Shown: one piece after another, positions 41,597 through 51,888 of the stretch | Layout of the letters: the number at the start of each line of letters is the position of its first letter | Position numbering within the stretch: position 1 is the first letter of the stretch | Position numbers and translations under genes: made by a program | The notes under the pieces: generated by a model | Told to the model about the DNA's origin: nothing | Database searches by the model: none | The model's input: the letters and a program-made list of their open reading frames with translations, nothing else | Assembly (NCBI GenBank): GCA_035275345.1 | Contig: DATEMY010000358.1 | Coordinates: forward strand, 8,314-72,313 | Source of the DNA: Blastocatellia bacterium | GTDB lineage: Bacteria > Acidobacteriota > Blastocatellia > RBC074 | DNA length: 64,000 nucleotides | Direction of reading: 5' to 3'

Positions 41597-41786
41597 TTCA
41601 TCCATCATTAACACCGCCGGCATCGAATCTTATTCTTTGGCGCGATCGGTCACTCGACTTGGCGCGTTCGGTCATTGTGCGGAATATCTTTTTGGGAGTA
41701 TCTGATAAAGGTAATCCGCCCTGGGCCATATATTGCGCTTTGTTTGAGCGATATCTTACAACGAAACTTTTGTGGGAGGTTACAAG

Positions 41787-44700
41787 ATGAAGAGTTTAAG
41801 ACCGCGCAAGGCTTCTGCGGTTTTATTGAGCCGCTTGAATAGGCTTCTGTCGGCCATGTCACTGATGGCGCTGCTGGCGGGTGTAACCGCATTAGGGCAG
41901 ACCACCACGGCGACCCTGTCAGGCGTAATCCAGGATCCATCCGGCGGCGTCCTTCCCAGTGTGAGGATCAGCGCGAGGAACACGGGCACGGGCGCTACGC
42001 GTGAGACCGCGACTGACAGCGCGGGTCGTTACAGCCTCACTAATTTGGAGCCCGGGCAATACGAGCTCCGCGCTGAGCGCGCTGGTTTCAAGACGGCGGC
42101 GCAAAGCGGCGTGGTCCTGAGCGTTGGCGGCGCCACGGTGGTGGACCTGACTCTGCGCGTCGGAGAGGTGAGCGAAGTGGTTGATGTAAAACAGGAAGAA
42201 CCGCTCATCGAGCCTACCAGAGCGGAAATGAGCCGCGTTATTGAGGGGCGGCAGATCGAATCTTTGCCCAACATCGGACGTAACTTCGTCGACTTCGTCA
42301 AGCTGTCAGCTTTTGTGGCTCCTGGCCGGGAGAACATCGGCGGCGGAGCCTTCAAGGAACCCGATACAGGTGTGGGACAAGCGGCTGCGCCTCGCTTAGC
42401 GTTCGGCGGCCAGAAAGAGATGCATACGATGATCCTCGTTGACGGCGCGGATAATGTCCAGACCTTTACGGGACTGCCGCGCGCCACTCCCTCGCAGGAA
42501 GCGGCCAGAGAGTTCCGCGTGCTCAACAGCGCCTACCAGGCCGAATATGGCCGAGCGCTCGGCGGCTTCGTCAACATCATCACCAAATCCGGTACGAACC
42601 AACCTCACGGCTCGGTCTACTACTTCGGGATGAACGATGCGCTCAACGCGCGGCCACTGCTGACCACGCCGAGCTACGCTCTCCGGCAAAACCAGTACGG
42701 GGCGACCTTCGGCGGCCCCGTCAGGAAGGATAAGATGTTCTTCTTCGGCAACTACGAGGGGCAGCGGCGCGCCGAGTCGAATAAATTCTCGAAGGTCATC
42801 CTCGATAACCTCGGGCCTGCCGATGGCAGTCAGCCGAATACAATTAACGAAGTGAAAAGATTCTACGGGTTGACGCCTGAAACGTCGGACCTCCTTCGAA
42901 GCAACGATTATGACGGGTTTCTGGCGAAGCTGGATTTCAAACTCACAGACGGCAACAGCCTCTTCGCCCGTTACAACCTCCTGGATTCAACCACGCGGGG
43001 GTTTCTTGGCGGAGGCGGGCGGGCGTCACCGGCCTCGTCAACCGCGAGGAATAACTTTTTGCTCGATCAGTCGCTCGTGGTGAGCGATATTGCGCTGTTC
43101 GGGGCAAACAAGGTCAACGAAGCGCGGGTCCAGTGGGCGCGACGTAGTTTCGATTTTCCGTCGGCGCTCAGGGAGCCTGACCTGGAAATCTCGAACCTGC
43201 TCCTGACCGGGAAGAGCACATCGGATTCCGACTTCTACCGCGAATCAAGATTACAGATCTCCGACAGCTTCAGCTACACCCGTGCGAGCCATGCCTTGAA
43301 GTTTGGGGCTGACTTTAACAACATCCGCGACACGACCGAGTGGGATCTGTTCTTCCCCGCTCGAGTGATCTTTACGAACCTGGGTGGAGCTGGACCGACT
43401 TTTTTCAACCATACTCCGGTGGTCTTTTGGTGGCCGATCCCCACCGGGACCACGCAGGGGACGCCTACGCCCGTCCCCTTTACGCAAGCCGTTCCCGCGC
43501 CATACCAGCCCCTCACCATCATCAAGTTCGATCACAATAGTCTTGGTTTTTTTGTCCAGGATGAGTGGAAAGCGACGTCCAAACTGACGCTCACCTACGG
43601 GCTCCGTTACGACTTTGAAAGCTACCCCAATGAGATCGTGCTGCGCGAGGACCTCAACAATTTTCAGCCGCGACTGGGACTGGCTTATGCCTTAAGTCAG
43701 CGCACCGTCGTTCGCGCCGGATTCGGGATTTTCAGTGACCGCGTCGCTTCGAGCGGCATCGGTCAGATGATCGGTCCCAACATTTTCAACGGCGTCGGGT
43801 ATTTGCCGAACTCTCAGGTCCTGTATCCGGGCATCCCGCCCGTGCGAGGCCGGTTTATCAATCCCACGGTGCGCGGCCCAGTCCTGGCGCCCCCTGCCGC
43901 GCTCACCTTCACCACAACCGGGCAGGTCCCAGCGACGCCGACGGTCGGCGGCGTCATCAATCCGGGACTCAACGGAAACCTCTCCGGAAACCTCCGCACG
44001 CCTTACGCCGAGCAAGCGAGCGTAGAGATTTCTCGTGAGATCGGCGGCGGCGTGATCGTGTCTGCGCGCTACTTATATGTGCACGCTCTCAAGCTGCTGG
44101 CGCCTACAGGCATGCTCAACGGCGCGCAGACCGGGACACAACCCAACGGCAAGCCCATCTTCGGGGCAAGAAGATTTCCGGAGCTGGGCGACTTCTTTGT
44201 TTTCGACAATGGCGGATACTCCATTTTTAACGGCGGGAGTTTCGAACTCCAGAAGCGGTTCGCGCAGGGTTTCAGTTTTCACAGCAGCTATACTTACTCT
44301 CAGTCCATCAGCAACACCGAGTCCGTGGCTGCAGTCAACGACTTTCCCGAGAACCCCGAGCGGAATTTGGAGCGCGCGCTATCACGCCAGCACGCTCGCC
44401 ACCGTTACACCCTGGCCTTCGTCAGTCAAATTCCGCATGGCGTGCCCGTCCTGAGCGATGTCAGGTTCAGTTCGATCCTTACCGCCCAAAGCGGCCGGTT
44501 CTTCACCGTCTTTGCCGGCTCGGACGCCAATGGCGACGGCAACCCGACCAGCGACCGCCCCGGCGCGCTCGGCCGCAACACGCTGGAAGGTCCCGGATTT
44601 GTCAGCTTCGACCTGCGCGTCGCGCGCGAAGTCCGGATGGGCGAGCGCCTGCGCGCCGAATTCACTTTCGATTTCTTCAACCTGCCCAATCGTGTCAATA

Positions 44701-44831
44701 TCACGGATCTCAACACGCTTTATGGAGGGACCGATCTCAGCTTGCCTCCGAATCCCATTCTGGGATTTGGCACGCCGCGCGATGTCGCGAATCCGCGGCA
44801 GATCCAATACGGAATCAAGCTGAAATTTTAG
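41787..44831 (+). CDS. TonB-dependent outer-membrane receptor with N-terminal carboxypeptidase-regulatory-like domain
   Basis: Signal peptide. CarbopepD_reg-like segment (SGVIQDPSGGVLPSVRISARNTGTGATRETATDSAGRYSLTNLEPGQYELRAERAGFK), plug region, long beta-barrel. C-terminal ...YGIKLKF ending in Phe. Confidence 0.75.
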   Translation: MKSLRPRKASAVLLSRLNRLLSAMSLMALLAGVTALGQTTTATLSGVIQDPSGGVLPSVRISARNTGTGATRETATDSAGRYSLTNLEPGQYELRAERAGFKTAAQSGVVLSVGGATVVDLTLRVGEVSEVVDVKQEEPLIEPTRAEMSRVIEGRQIESLPNIGRNFVDFVKLSAFVAPGRENIGGGAFKEPDTGVGQAAAPRLAFGGQKEMHTMILVDGADNVQTFTGLPRATPSQEAAREFRVLNSAYQAEYGRALGGFVNIITKSGTNQPHGSVYYFGMNDALNARPLLTTPSYALRQNQYGATFGGPVRKDKMFFFGNYEGQRRAESNKFSKVILDNLGPADGSQPNTINEVKRFYGLTPETSDLLRSNDYDGFLAKLDFKLTDGNSLFARYNLLDSTTRGFLGGGGRASPASSTARNNFLLDQSLVVSDIALFGANKVNEARVQWARRSFDFPSALREPDLEISNLLLTGKSTSDSDFYRESRLQISDSFSYTRASHALKFGADFNNIRDTTEWDLFFPARVIFTNLGGAGPTFFNHTPVVFWWPIPTGTTQGTPTPVPFTQAVPAPYQPLTIIKFDHNSLGFFVQDEWKATSKLTLTYGLRYDFESYPNEIVLREDLNNFQPRLGLAYALSQRTVVRAGFGIFSDRVASSGIGQMIGPNIFNGVGYLPNSQVLYPGIPPVRGRFINPTVRGPVLAPPAALTFTTTGQVPATPTVGGVINPGLNGNLSGNLRTPYAEQASVEISREIGGGVIVSARYLYVHALKLLAPTGMLNGAQTGTQPNGKPIFGARRFPELGDFFVFDNGGYSIFNGGSFELQKRFAQGFSFHSSYTYSQSISNTESVAAVNDFPENPERNLERALSRQHARHRYTLAFVSQIPHGVPVLSDVRFSSILTAQSGRFFTVFAGSDANGDGNPTSDRPGALGRNTLEGPGFVSFDLRVAREVRMGERLRAEFTFDFFNLPNRVNITDLNTLYGGTDLSLPPNPILGFGTPRDVANPRQIQYGIKLKF

Positions 44832-44869
44832 CGTCGCGACACGCCGCTCATCCGAAAGGAAAAGTCTCT

Positions 44870-46735
44870 GTGCCCCATCTTCCGCCATTGGCTGCATTCG
44901 TCCCGGTCAACTTCCTTCCGGCGAAAGTTGACTGCGAGCGGCGCGCCGACGGCGCGATTGCGCTGCGCTCGCCCGAACCGCTCCGCGATTACCCTCGCTG
45001 CATCGGCGAGCATCTGGAACACTGGGCGAAAGAGCGGCCAGAGACAGTCTTTCTGGCGCAGCGTAATGGCGACGGCTGGCGCAAGCTGAACTTTGCGGAG
45101 GCGCGAACTCTTGTCCGCGCGATTGCGACGAACCTGCTTGAACGTAATCTCTCCGCTGAGCGCCCGGTCGCCATCCTCTCGGAAAATTCCATCGAGCATG
45201 CGCTACTGGCTTTAGCGGCAATGCACGCAGGGATTCCGGTCGCGCCGGTTTCAGCGGCTTACTCGCTCCTTTCGCGAGATTTCAAAAAACTCGGCGCGGT
45301 CTTTTCGCTGCTCACTCCGGGACTGGTGTTTGCCGATGATGGAGAGCGGTTCGCCCCGGCGCTTGCGGCGCTCGGCAATCACGATTTTGAGCTCGTGGTC
45401 ACCCGCAACAGCGCCCCCCTGGCGCGACCGGCGCAAGCCTTCGCCGAACTCTTGGATCGCGAAGATGCGACGGCGGTGGAGCGCGCTTTCGCTTCCCTCG
45501 GGCCTGACACGATTGCCAAATTCCTACTGACTTCAGGTTCGACCGGAGAGCCGAAAGCCGTCATCAACACTCAGCGGATGCTCTGCTCCAACCAACAGGC
45601 GCACGCGCAATGTTGGCCCTTCCTCAAAGAAGAGCCGCCCGTCATCGTGGACTGGCTGCCGTGGAATCACACGATGGCGGGCAACAACATTTTCGGCGCG
45701 GCGCTCACCCACGGCGGCTCTTATTACATTGACGAAGGCCGCCCGCTCCCCGGTCTGGTCGAAAAGACCGCGCGCAATTTGCGCGAAATCGCTCCGACCA
45801 TCTATTACAACGTGCCGCGCGGCTACGACGCGCTGCTGCCTTTCCTCGAAAGCGAGGCCGAATTACGGCGCAATTTTTTCTCGCGTTTGAAGGTCATGTG
45901 TTACGGCGGAGCGGCGCTCCCAGCCATAGTGTGGGATCGGCTCAACCGATTGGCCGAAGCCGAATTGGGCAAGCGCGTTCACATTTGCGCCGGCTACGGT
46001 TCGACCGAGACGGCGCCGGGCGCGACGATTGCGCATTACGAGGTCACTGGCGCCGGCGTCATCGGGCTTCCTATTCCCGGCGTGACGCTGAAGCTGACGT
46101 CCCTGGCGAATTCCGACAAATACGAATTGCGCGTGAAAGGCCCCAACGTCACGCCAGGTTACTGGCGGCGCGAGGATTTGACCGCCGCGGCCTTTGACGA
46201 AGAAGGCTTTTACAAAATCGGCGACGCCGCGCGCCTGGTTGACGCAGGCGATCCCGCCAAAGGTCTGGAATTCGCCGGGCGAGTTTCGGAAGAATTTAAA
46301 CTGACCAGCGGCACGTGGGTTCGCACAAGCGCGTTGCGCATTAAAGCCATCGCCGCGCTAGCGCCTGTCGCGCAGGACGTCGTTGTCGCCGGACAGGATC
46401 GCAATGACATACGCTTTTTGATCTTCCCGAATCTGGCCGGTTGCCGCAGCCTGTGCGCTGAATCGAGCGAAGGGACGCCGCCTGATGAATTGCTGGCTGA
46501 TGCGCGCGTGCGCGAGCGGGTACGCGCTGGTCTGGCAAAGCTGAAAGCGGAAGGCGCCGGCAGTTCGACATACGCCACGCACGCGATGTTTCTGACCGAG
46601 CCGCCTTCAATTGACGCAGGTGAGATCACTGATAAAGGCTATATCAATCAGCGCGCAGTGTTGGAACGACGGGCGGAGTTGGTTGAGGAGTTATATGCCG
46701 CGACAACGTCGTCGGATTTGAATTTAGGATATTGA
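44870..46735 (+). CDS. AMP-dependent synthetase/ligase, feruloyl-CoA-synthetase-like acyl-CoA ligase
   Basis: AMP-binding motif LLTSGSTGEPKAV, 621 aa; overall pattern of Fcs-type CoA ligases. Exact substrate not inferable. Confidence 0.65.
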   Translation: MPHLPPLAAFVPVNFLPAKVDCERRADGAIALRSPEPLRDYPRCIGEHLEHWAKERPETVFLAQRNGDGWRKLNFAEARTLVRAIATNLLERNLSAERPVAILSENSIEHALLALAAMHAGIPVAPVSAAYSLLSRDFKKLGAVFSLLTPGLVFADDGERFAPALAALGNHDFELVVTRNSAPLARPAQAFAELLDREDATAVERAFASLGPDTIAKFLLTSGSTGEPKAVINTQRMLCSNQQAHAQCWPFLKEEPPVIVDWLPWNHTMAGNNIFGAALTHGGSYYIDEGRPLPGLVEKTARNLREIAPTIYYNVPRGYDALLPFLESEAELRRNFFSRLKVMCYGGAALPAIVWDRLNRLAEAELGKRVHICAGYGSTETAPGATIAHYEVTGAGVIGLPIPGVTLKLTSLANSDKYELRVKGPNVTPGYWRREDLTAAAFDEEGFYKIGDAARLVDAGDPAKGLEFAGRVSEEFKLTSGTWVRTSALRIKAIAALAPVAQDVVVAGQDRNDIRFLIFPNLAGCRSLCAESSEGTPPDELLADARVRERVRAGLAKLKAEGAGSSTYATHAMFLTEPPSIDAGEITDKGYINQRAVLERRAELVEELYAATTSSDLNLGY

Positions 46736-46949
46736 TATTGTTTACCTGAACGGTTATGGCTTTCCGGCGTGGCGTGGCGGGCCGATGTTGTACGCCGATA
46801 CCGTTGGCGTAAAGGAAGTCTATGGCCGAGAATGCGAATTCCATGCGCGGCGCGGCGCCTGGTGGGAGCCTGCGCCACTACTCAAACGGCTTGCTGAGAC
46901 GGGCGGGACCTTCGCCGCTTGGGACAAAGACAAGGAGGCAAAGAAATGA
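46728..46949 (+). pseudogene. Relic of the C-terminus of a 3-hydroxyacyl-CoA dehydrogenase (no start codon, about 73 codons)
   Basis: Frame opened right after a TAG encodes DIDIVYLNGYGFPAWRGGPMLYADTVGVKEVYGRECEFHARRGAWWEPAPLLKRLAETGGTFAAWD, matching the conserved C-terminal tail of multidomain 3-hydroxyacyl-CoA dehydrogenases. Its TGA overlaps the next gene's ATG. Confidence 0.4.
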
Positions 46950-47791
46950 ACACCGACGACTTGATCGCCATTGACGTACACGTTCACCTCGAAACTGAAA
47001 TCGAAGACAACGCGGCCAATGAAGCCGCAAAGAAATACTTCGGCGATTCCGGCCTGGGCCGCAACCGTCACGAACTGGCCGAGTATTACCGCTCGCGCAA
47101 GATCGGCTGCGTGATCTTCACCGTAGACGAGCGGCTCACGGGCCGTCCGCCGATTCCGAACGATGAGATCGCCGCTTTCGCCGCCGAGAACGCCGACATC
47201 ATGTTCGCCTTTGCGAGCGTTGACCCGACGCGCGGCCAGGAGGCCGTGGATGAAGCGAAGCGACTGATCGCGGCGGGCGGCATTCGCGGCTTCAAACTGC
47301 ATCCACCGCTGCAACAGTTCCACCCGAACGACCAACGTATTTATCCGTTTTACGAAGTCATCAACGAAGCCAGACTGCCGGTGATCTTTCACACCGGCCA
47401 CAGCGGCATCGGCACGGGGCAGCGCGGCGGAGGCGGCGTCCGGCTCAAATACGGCGCCCCGATGGATATTGACGACGTGGCCGTAGACTTTCCCGATATG
47501 CCGATCATCATGGCGCACCCGTCATTCCCCTGGCAGGACGAAGCCATTTCGATTTGCCTGCACAAGCCACAGGTTTACATTGATCTGTCGGGCTGGTCGC
47601 CGAAGTATTTCTCACCGACTCTGGTGCAGTATGCGAACACGCTGCTTAAACACAAGGTGCTGTTCGGCTCCGATTATCCGTTGATCTCGCCGGATCGTTG
47701 GATGGCCGACTTCGAGAAGATCGCCGTCCGTGAGGAGGTGCGACCGCTGATTTTGAAGGAAAATGCGCTGCGGCTGTTTGGGTTGAGCTGA
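46946..47791 (+). CDS. Amidohydrolase-2 family metal-dependent hydrolase (ACMSD/LigJ-like TIM barrel)
   Basis: ATG at 46946 after AAGGAGG; N-terminal AIDVHVHLE metal-binding motif; 281 aa. Confidence 0.6.
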   Translation: MNTDDLIAIDVHVHLETEIEDNAANEAAKKYFGDSGLGRNRHELAEYYRSRKIGCVIFTVDERLTGRPPIPNDEIAAFAAENADIMFAFASVDPTRGQEAVDEAKRLIAAGGIRGFKLHPPLQQFHPNDQRIYPFYEVINEARLPVIFHTGHSGIGTGQRGGGGVRLKYGAPMDIDDVAVDFPDMPIIMAHPSFPWQDEAISICLHKPQVYIDLSGWSPKYFSPTLVQYANTLLKHKVLFGSDYPLISPDRWMADFEKIAVREEVRPLILKENALRLFGLS

Positions 47792-47879
47792 ATGCGGCGT
47801 GCCCTGCGCGCCGACGATGGCGCGTTGATTTCCGCGCGCGCTAGGGGGTTTCGTCTGTTAGCCATAATCGCATCATGGC

Positions 47880-48911
47880 TCATACCGAATGGGTTTCGTT
47901 AGCGGAGGGCAGGAACGACTCGATCAAATTTCCCAGATTCTGTGCGGTAGCCAGATCATAGATGAACTTGCTGACAGCCAGGTCGAGAATGCCCAGTCCG
48001 AAGGGGCTGAAGATGACCGGACGATTTCCGTCGCTCCGCGCTTCGGCGGCGCCTCTGATGATGTCTCCGATCGTGCAACGTATGAAGTCACGGTTGCCAG
48101 AAAGCCGTTCGGCCAGATGGACAGAGGTTTCGGCCCGGCACACATGATCAACATCATCAACGACGTTGTCAGACGACAGAATGATTTCCGGAGAGAGGTC
48201 TCGCAATGAGACGTGCAGGATCGTGCTGGCGGGTTGGATGAGAGCCGGATCGAAAATATGCGGCGTGCCCGCAGTGGTCGCCATGCTCACGAGCGTCGCG
48301 CTTCCGAAAACCTCATTGAGATCGCTGGCGACTTCGACGTCGATGTGGCCGAAAACTTCCTGACCTCTGACCTTGAATTCAGCGGCCCGCGACGGATCCA
48401 GGTCGAAGACCTTGAACCGTCGCAGATCGGGGAAAGTGGCGCGCAGAAACCGGGCGATTTCAAAGTTAATCGGGCCACAGCCGACCAATCCTGCCGAGCC
48501 GATCTGTTCTCTGCTACAGAGGAGTTTCGCGGCCAGCGCGGCGCTCGCCGCCGTCCGTTTAGCGCTGATCATCGAACCTTCCAGAATGGCTTCCACCCTT
48601 CCCGTCAATAAGTTATTCAGGATCACGACCGCCGAAGCTCGATCCAGATTTTGGGAGACGTTATCCGGAAAGGAGGAGATCCATTTGATGCCGGCGACAT
48701 TGAACCGGTTTCCGAGGTAGGCCGGGAGCGCGATGATTCGGTTTTGTGGCTGGCCGGGGAATCGCAGGAAACTGGAATGCGGTAGCGAACTTTCTCCCAG
48801 CGCATGGATTTCATAGGCCGCCCCCACGATGTCCATGAGATCGGCTTCACGGTCGCTAATGAGCGAGAGGACTTCCTTCGCGGTTAAGATGCGCACACTG
48901 TTGGAATACAT
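47880..48911 (-). CDS. Ornithine cyclodeaminase/mu-crystallin family NAD-dependent enzyme, SbnB-like
   Basis: OCD-family pattern with Rossmann segment GLVGCGPINFEIARFL; 343 aa. Co-clustered with an SbnA-like gene. Confidence 0.7.
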   Translation of the reverse strand: MYSNSVRILTAKEVLSLISDREADLMDIVGAAYEIHALGESSLPHSSFLRFPGQPQNRIIALPAYLGNRFNVAGIKWISSFPDNVSQNLDRASAVVILNNLLTGRVEAILEGSMISAKRTAASAALAAKLLCSREQIGSAGLVGCGPINFEIARFLRATFPDLRRFKVFDLDPSRAAEFKVRGQEVFGHIDVEVASDLNEVFGSATLVSMATTAGTPHIFDPALIQPASTILHVSLRDLSPEIILSSDNVVDDVDHVCRAETSVHLAERLSGNRDFIRCTIGDIIRGAAEARSDGNRPVIFSPFGLGILDLAVSKFIYDLATAQNLGNLIESFLPSANETHSV

Positions 48912-49020
48912 GAAAAACCTTCAGATTCGTTTCTCGGAGATGGTTTACATCCCGGATATTGTTGCGGAACCACTCGTCAGAGTAGATACATTGGTACTGC
49001 AAAGAGCCGTTTCTTAAAGA

Positions 49021-49626
49021 TCAATTCCCGGCGCTTGTCTCTATTTTTTCCAGCCGGCCATTACCATCGAGTGTTTTGAGGTTTATGTCGGCTATGCATC
49101 TGACATTCACATAATCCAACATCAGGGCGCCTTCGACATGAACCACCCCACTTCCGTTTTCAAAATCGGCTTTGCTGAAATCACAAGCATCACGATCCAA
49201 TCTGATGCCCAATTCCGTGCCCCCCTTCGTCTCGGTGAACTTAACATGAACATAATTGCGATCGACCGCCTCCTTGAAGAGCTTAACAGTCTTTTCCGGA
49301 CGCAGCCCTGCTTCAATGACATGGTCGCCTTCGCAAAGTCTATCCACAAGACTCTTCTCACGCGGCCTGTTCGTGTCGGGAGGCGGAGGCGGAGGCGGAG
49401 GGTTCTTAGCCATCTCCTCCATCTTTTTCTTGAGACTGAGGGGCCTCATATCCGTCCAAACTTCCTTGATGAAAGCGAGGCATTCGGCTTTCGGCCCCAC
49501 TTTCCCGCCGTCATTCCAACCGATTGGGTTCTCTTTGTATTCAGGCCAAATCGAATACTGTTCCTCGTGGTTTACGACAACTTTGTAAGTGGTAGTGTCT
49601 TCTTTGTCAGGGTCGGCCCAACTCAT
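49021..49626 (-). CDS. MbtH-like domain fused via a poly-Pro linker to a C-terminal domain of unknown function
   Basis: N-terminal [49 protein letters not shown] matches the MbtH signature. PPPPPPPP linker, then about 110 aa of unassigned domain. Confidence 0.7.
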   Translation of the reverse strand: MSWADPDKEDTTTYKVVVNHEEQYSIWPEYKENPIGWNDGGKVGPKAECLAFIKEVWTDMRPLSLKKKMEEMAKNPPPPPPPPDTNRPREKSLVDRLCEGDHVIEAGLRPEKTVKLFKEAVDRNYVHVKFTETKGGTELGIRLDRDACDFSKADFENGSGVVHVEGALMLDYVNVRCIADINLKTLDGNGRLEKIETSAGN

Positions 49627-49628
49627 AA

Positions 49629-50192
49629 TTATGTAATCTCCTTTTTATGTGAAGCCATGGCTGCGCGCGCAGCCGGTTGCTCGAACCGGAGCATTCGTTC
49701 GTCTCTTGTGAGAAGACGGCACAGGCCGTATTCCGTCAAGAAAGTTTTCTCTCCGGCCGAAAAGCCCAGTTGAGTACACAGAAACGATGACTGCGCTACC
49801 GCGGCGCCGAGCACAAGCCAGGTGTACTCAAAATTCCTTGGCGCCACGAACAGCCGGTGCGCTTCCAGCATCATTTTCATTGGGATGTTCAGACCGCGAT
49901 ATGATCGGATTACCGCTAATTGCGTGTAACGAGCCGACCTCGCCGACGGGGTAAATTCCAAGCAACATTTTTGGTGTAGCGCAAGATCTCCAGTGGTTTC
50001 GACCACGCTCAGCGTCGCAACGGGCTTACACTGCAGATCATCGATCGCCAAGATATGAAGCGCGTCTGAATTGTCGCTTACTCTTAGCGGCGCGAGCGCA
50101 ATCTTCAGTTCCTGCTCAAAGACGGATCGTCTGATATCCAACATCGCCGCTTCCTGGAAGCGGGTCGTAACCGGCTCTATTATTATCGCCAT
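49629..50192 (-). CDS. Hypothetical protein, possibly GNAT-fold N-acyltransferase
   Basis: 187 aa; weak resemblance to acyl-CoA N-acyltransferase folds; 2-nt spacing to the MbtH-fusion gene. Confidence 0.3.
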   Translation of the reverse strand: MAIIIEPVTTRFQEAAMLDIRRSVFEQELKIALAPLRVSDNSDALHILAIDDLQCKPVATLSVVETTGDLALHQKCCLEFTPSARSARYTQLAVIRSYRGLNIPMKMMLEAHRLFVAPRNFEYTWLVLGAAVAQSSFLCTQLGFSAGEKTFLTEYGLCRLLTRDERMLRFEQPAARAAMASHKKEIT

Positions 50193-50376
50193 TTGAATTT
50201 CTCCTTTCCATAACTTGGAGTTTCCGATCCGGCGATCGATCCGATTCGATTTTCCCGCAATCCAATTTGATTACTCGATCCGCCAGATGAAAATATTTAT
50301 CGTCATGATTGATGGCCAATATGCACTTACCTCGACTTTGCGGGCGCCGTCCGCCACAGGCGAGTTGATCTGTTCT

Positions 50377-51429
50377 CTACGAGTAGAGGGTCCTCAAGGG
50401 GAAAGACTTCATTTCCTGGTCGGTTGGCTGCAAGTTCCAAGATCTCCCTCCCTCCTCAAATGGTATCTCCCAGAGGTGTGAGACATCCCCGAAATGTTCC
50501 AAGACCCATTGGTCCGAATAAATCGTGTCCATATATCGATCGCCTCGGTCCGGCAAGATAACTACGCAATTGGAACCGTCCGGAATTCTACCTTGTGACT
50601 TATTTACCGCGCTGATAACGGCTCCCGAAGATCCGCCCGCCAAAATCAACTCTTCCCTGACAAGTCGGCGGCAACCGACAACGCAATCCAGATCGGACAC
50701 CAGGACACACTCATCCGCCAGGTGAGGCTCGTAAAGCGATGGTCTGACCGACGCGCCATGACCTGGGATCAAGCGACGACTTGTCTTCCCGCCGAAGATC
50801 ACACTGCCTAGCGCGTCTACCGCAATTATTCTGGTTCTCAGATCTTGAACGTAGGCGTACTCAGAGCAACCGCGAAGCGTCCCGCATGTGCTTGTCGCAC
50901 AAAACAAGTAATCGACTCGCCCATCCAGGGCCTCGGCGATTTCACGCATGGTTTGATGATGGGCCTGGGCATTCCACAAGTTCGCATATTGATTCGGCCA
51001 AAAGCTGTGTGGAATCTGCGCCGTCAATTGCTTAACCCGATCGATTCGCGCCTGGAGATACTCGCCCGTAAGAGGGTCAGGTACCGTCACACACTCAATC
51101 TCGGCCCCGTACAGTCTCAAAATGTCGAGATTTTGCTTGGTAGTCTTGGGATCCACCACACACACAAACCGCAGGCCGAAGTACCGGCACATTTGAGCCA
51201 GCCCGATTCCCATATTCCCCGAGCTGGACTCGACTACGGTCGCGCCTGGACTAAGCTCCCCCGATATAACGGCATTTTTGATGATAGTCAGCGCAGTTCG
51301 ATCTTTTATGCTCCCGCCGGGATTAACCCCTTCAAGTTTGGCGAATAATCGAAAGCGCGCGTCAGGAAAAATCCGACTGAGCCGCGCCATCGGGGTATTG
51401 CCGATTTTCGAGATTATATCTCCAATCAT
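50377..51429 (-). CDS. PLP-dependent cysteine-synthase-fold enzyme, SbnA-like (N-(2-amino-2-carboxyethyl)-L-glutamate synthase family)
   Basis: NPGGSIKDR PLP-Lys motif, WPNQYAN, ILPDRGDRY, YSDQWV. Pattern closely parallels staphyloferrin SbnA. ATG at 51429 after GGGGAGAG. Confidence 0.75.
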   Translation of the reverse strand: MIGDIISKIGNTPMARLSRIFPDARFRLFAKLEGVNPGGSIKDRTALTIIKNAVISGELSPGATVVESSSGNMGIGLAQMCRYFGLRFVCVVDPKTTKQNLDILRLYGAEIECVTVPDPLTGEYLQARIDRVKQLTAQIPHSFWPNQYANLWNAQAHHQTMREIAEALDGRVDYLFCATSTCGTLRGCSEYAYVQDLRTRIIAVDALGSVIFGGKTSRRLIPGHGASVRPSLYEPHLADECVLVSDLDCVVGCRRLVREELILAGGSSGAVISAVNKSQGRIPDGSNCVVILPDRGDRYMDTIYSDQWVLEHFGDVSHLWEIPFEEGGRSWNLQPTDQEMKSFPLRTLYS

Positions 51430-51478
51430 CGCTTTCTCTCCCCTATTGTCTGAGTCTGTTGTTCCGGACAACCGAAAG

Positions 51479-51888
51479 TTAAACGGGGACGGCTGCTGTT
51501 GATGCAATGGACGTCTTCAACGCATTGGCTAGGCCCCGGACATTTGGCTCTCGTAGGATGGTGGTGTGGTTTCCGGGAACCCGGCGCCGAGTTATTTGCG
51601 CCGATGCATATTTGCCCCAACCCAGAGTCGAATCTGCGGGTTTGTTCTCGTGTCCATCATCGGCGGTGAAGATTGCGATCTCCCCGTGAAAAATTGCGGG
51701 ATTGTATTTTCGCAGAGCCGCCATGTTTTTCTTGGCGACTTCCAGGAAGCGCCGGGCATAGGTGATTTCGATATCAGGTGGTCGAACGGTAAATCAAGAA
51801 CGCCAGGGCTGCCCTTTAACCGGTTGGTCCAATAGTCGAGCTGCGATGTCAGCCCCCCACTTTGCAGCCATTTCTGAAATATCCTCAT
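51479..51888 (-). pseudogene. Frame-scrambled remnants of NRPS condensation and thioesterase domains downstream of the adenylation domain
   Basis: ORF 51592-51888 encodes LDYWTNRLKGSPGVLDLPFDH (condensation-domain N-terminal region). ORF 51479-51724 in another frame encodes AIFTADDGHE...VPGNHTTILREPNVRGLANAL (thioesterase C-terminal region). Neither is a full domain. Confidence 0.45.
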
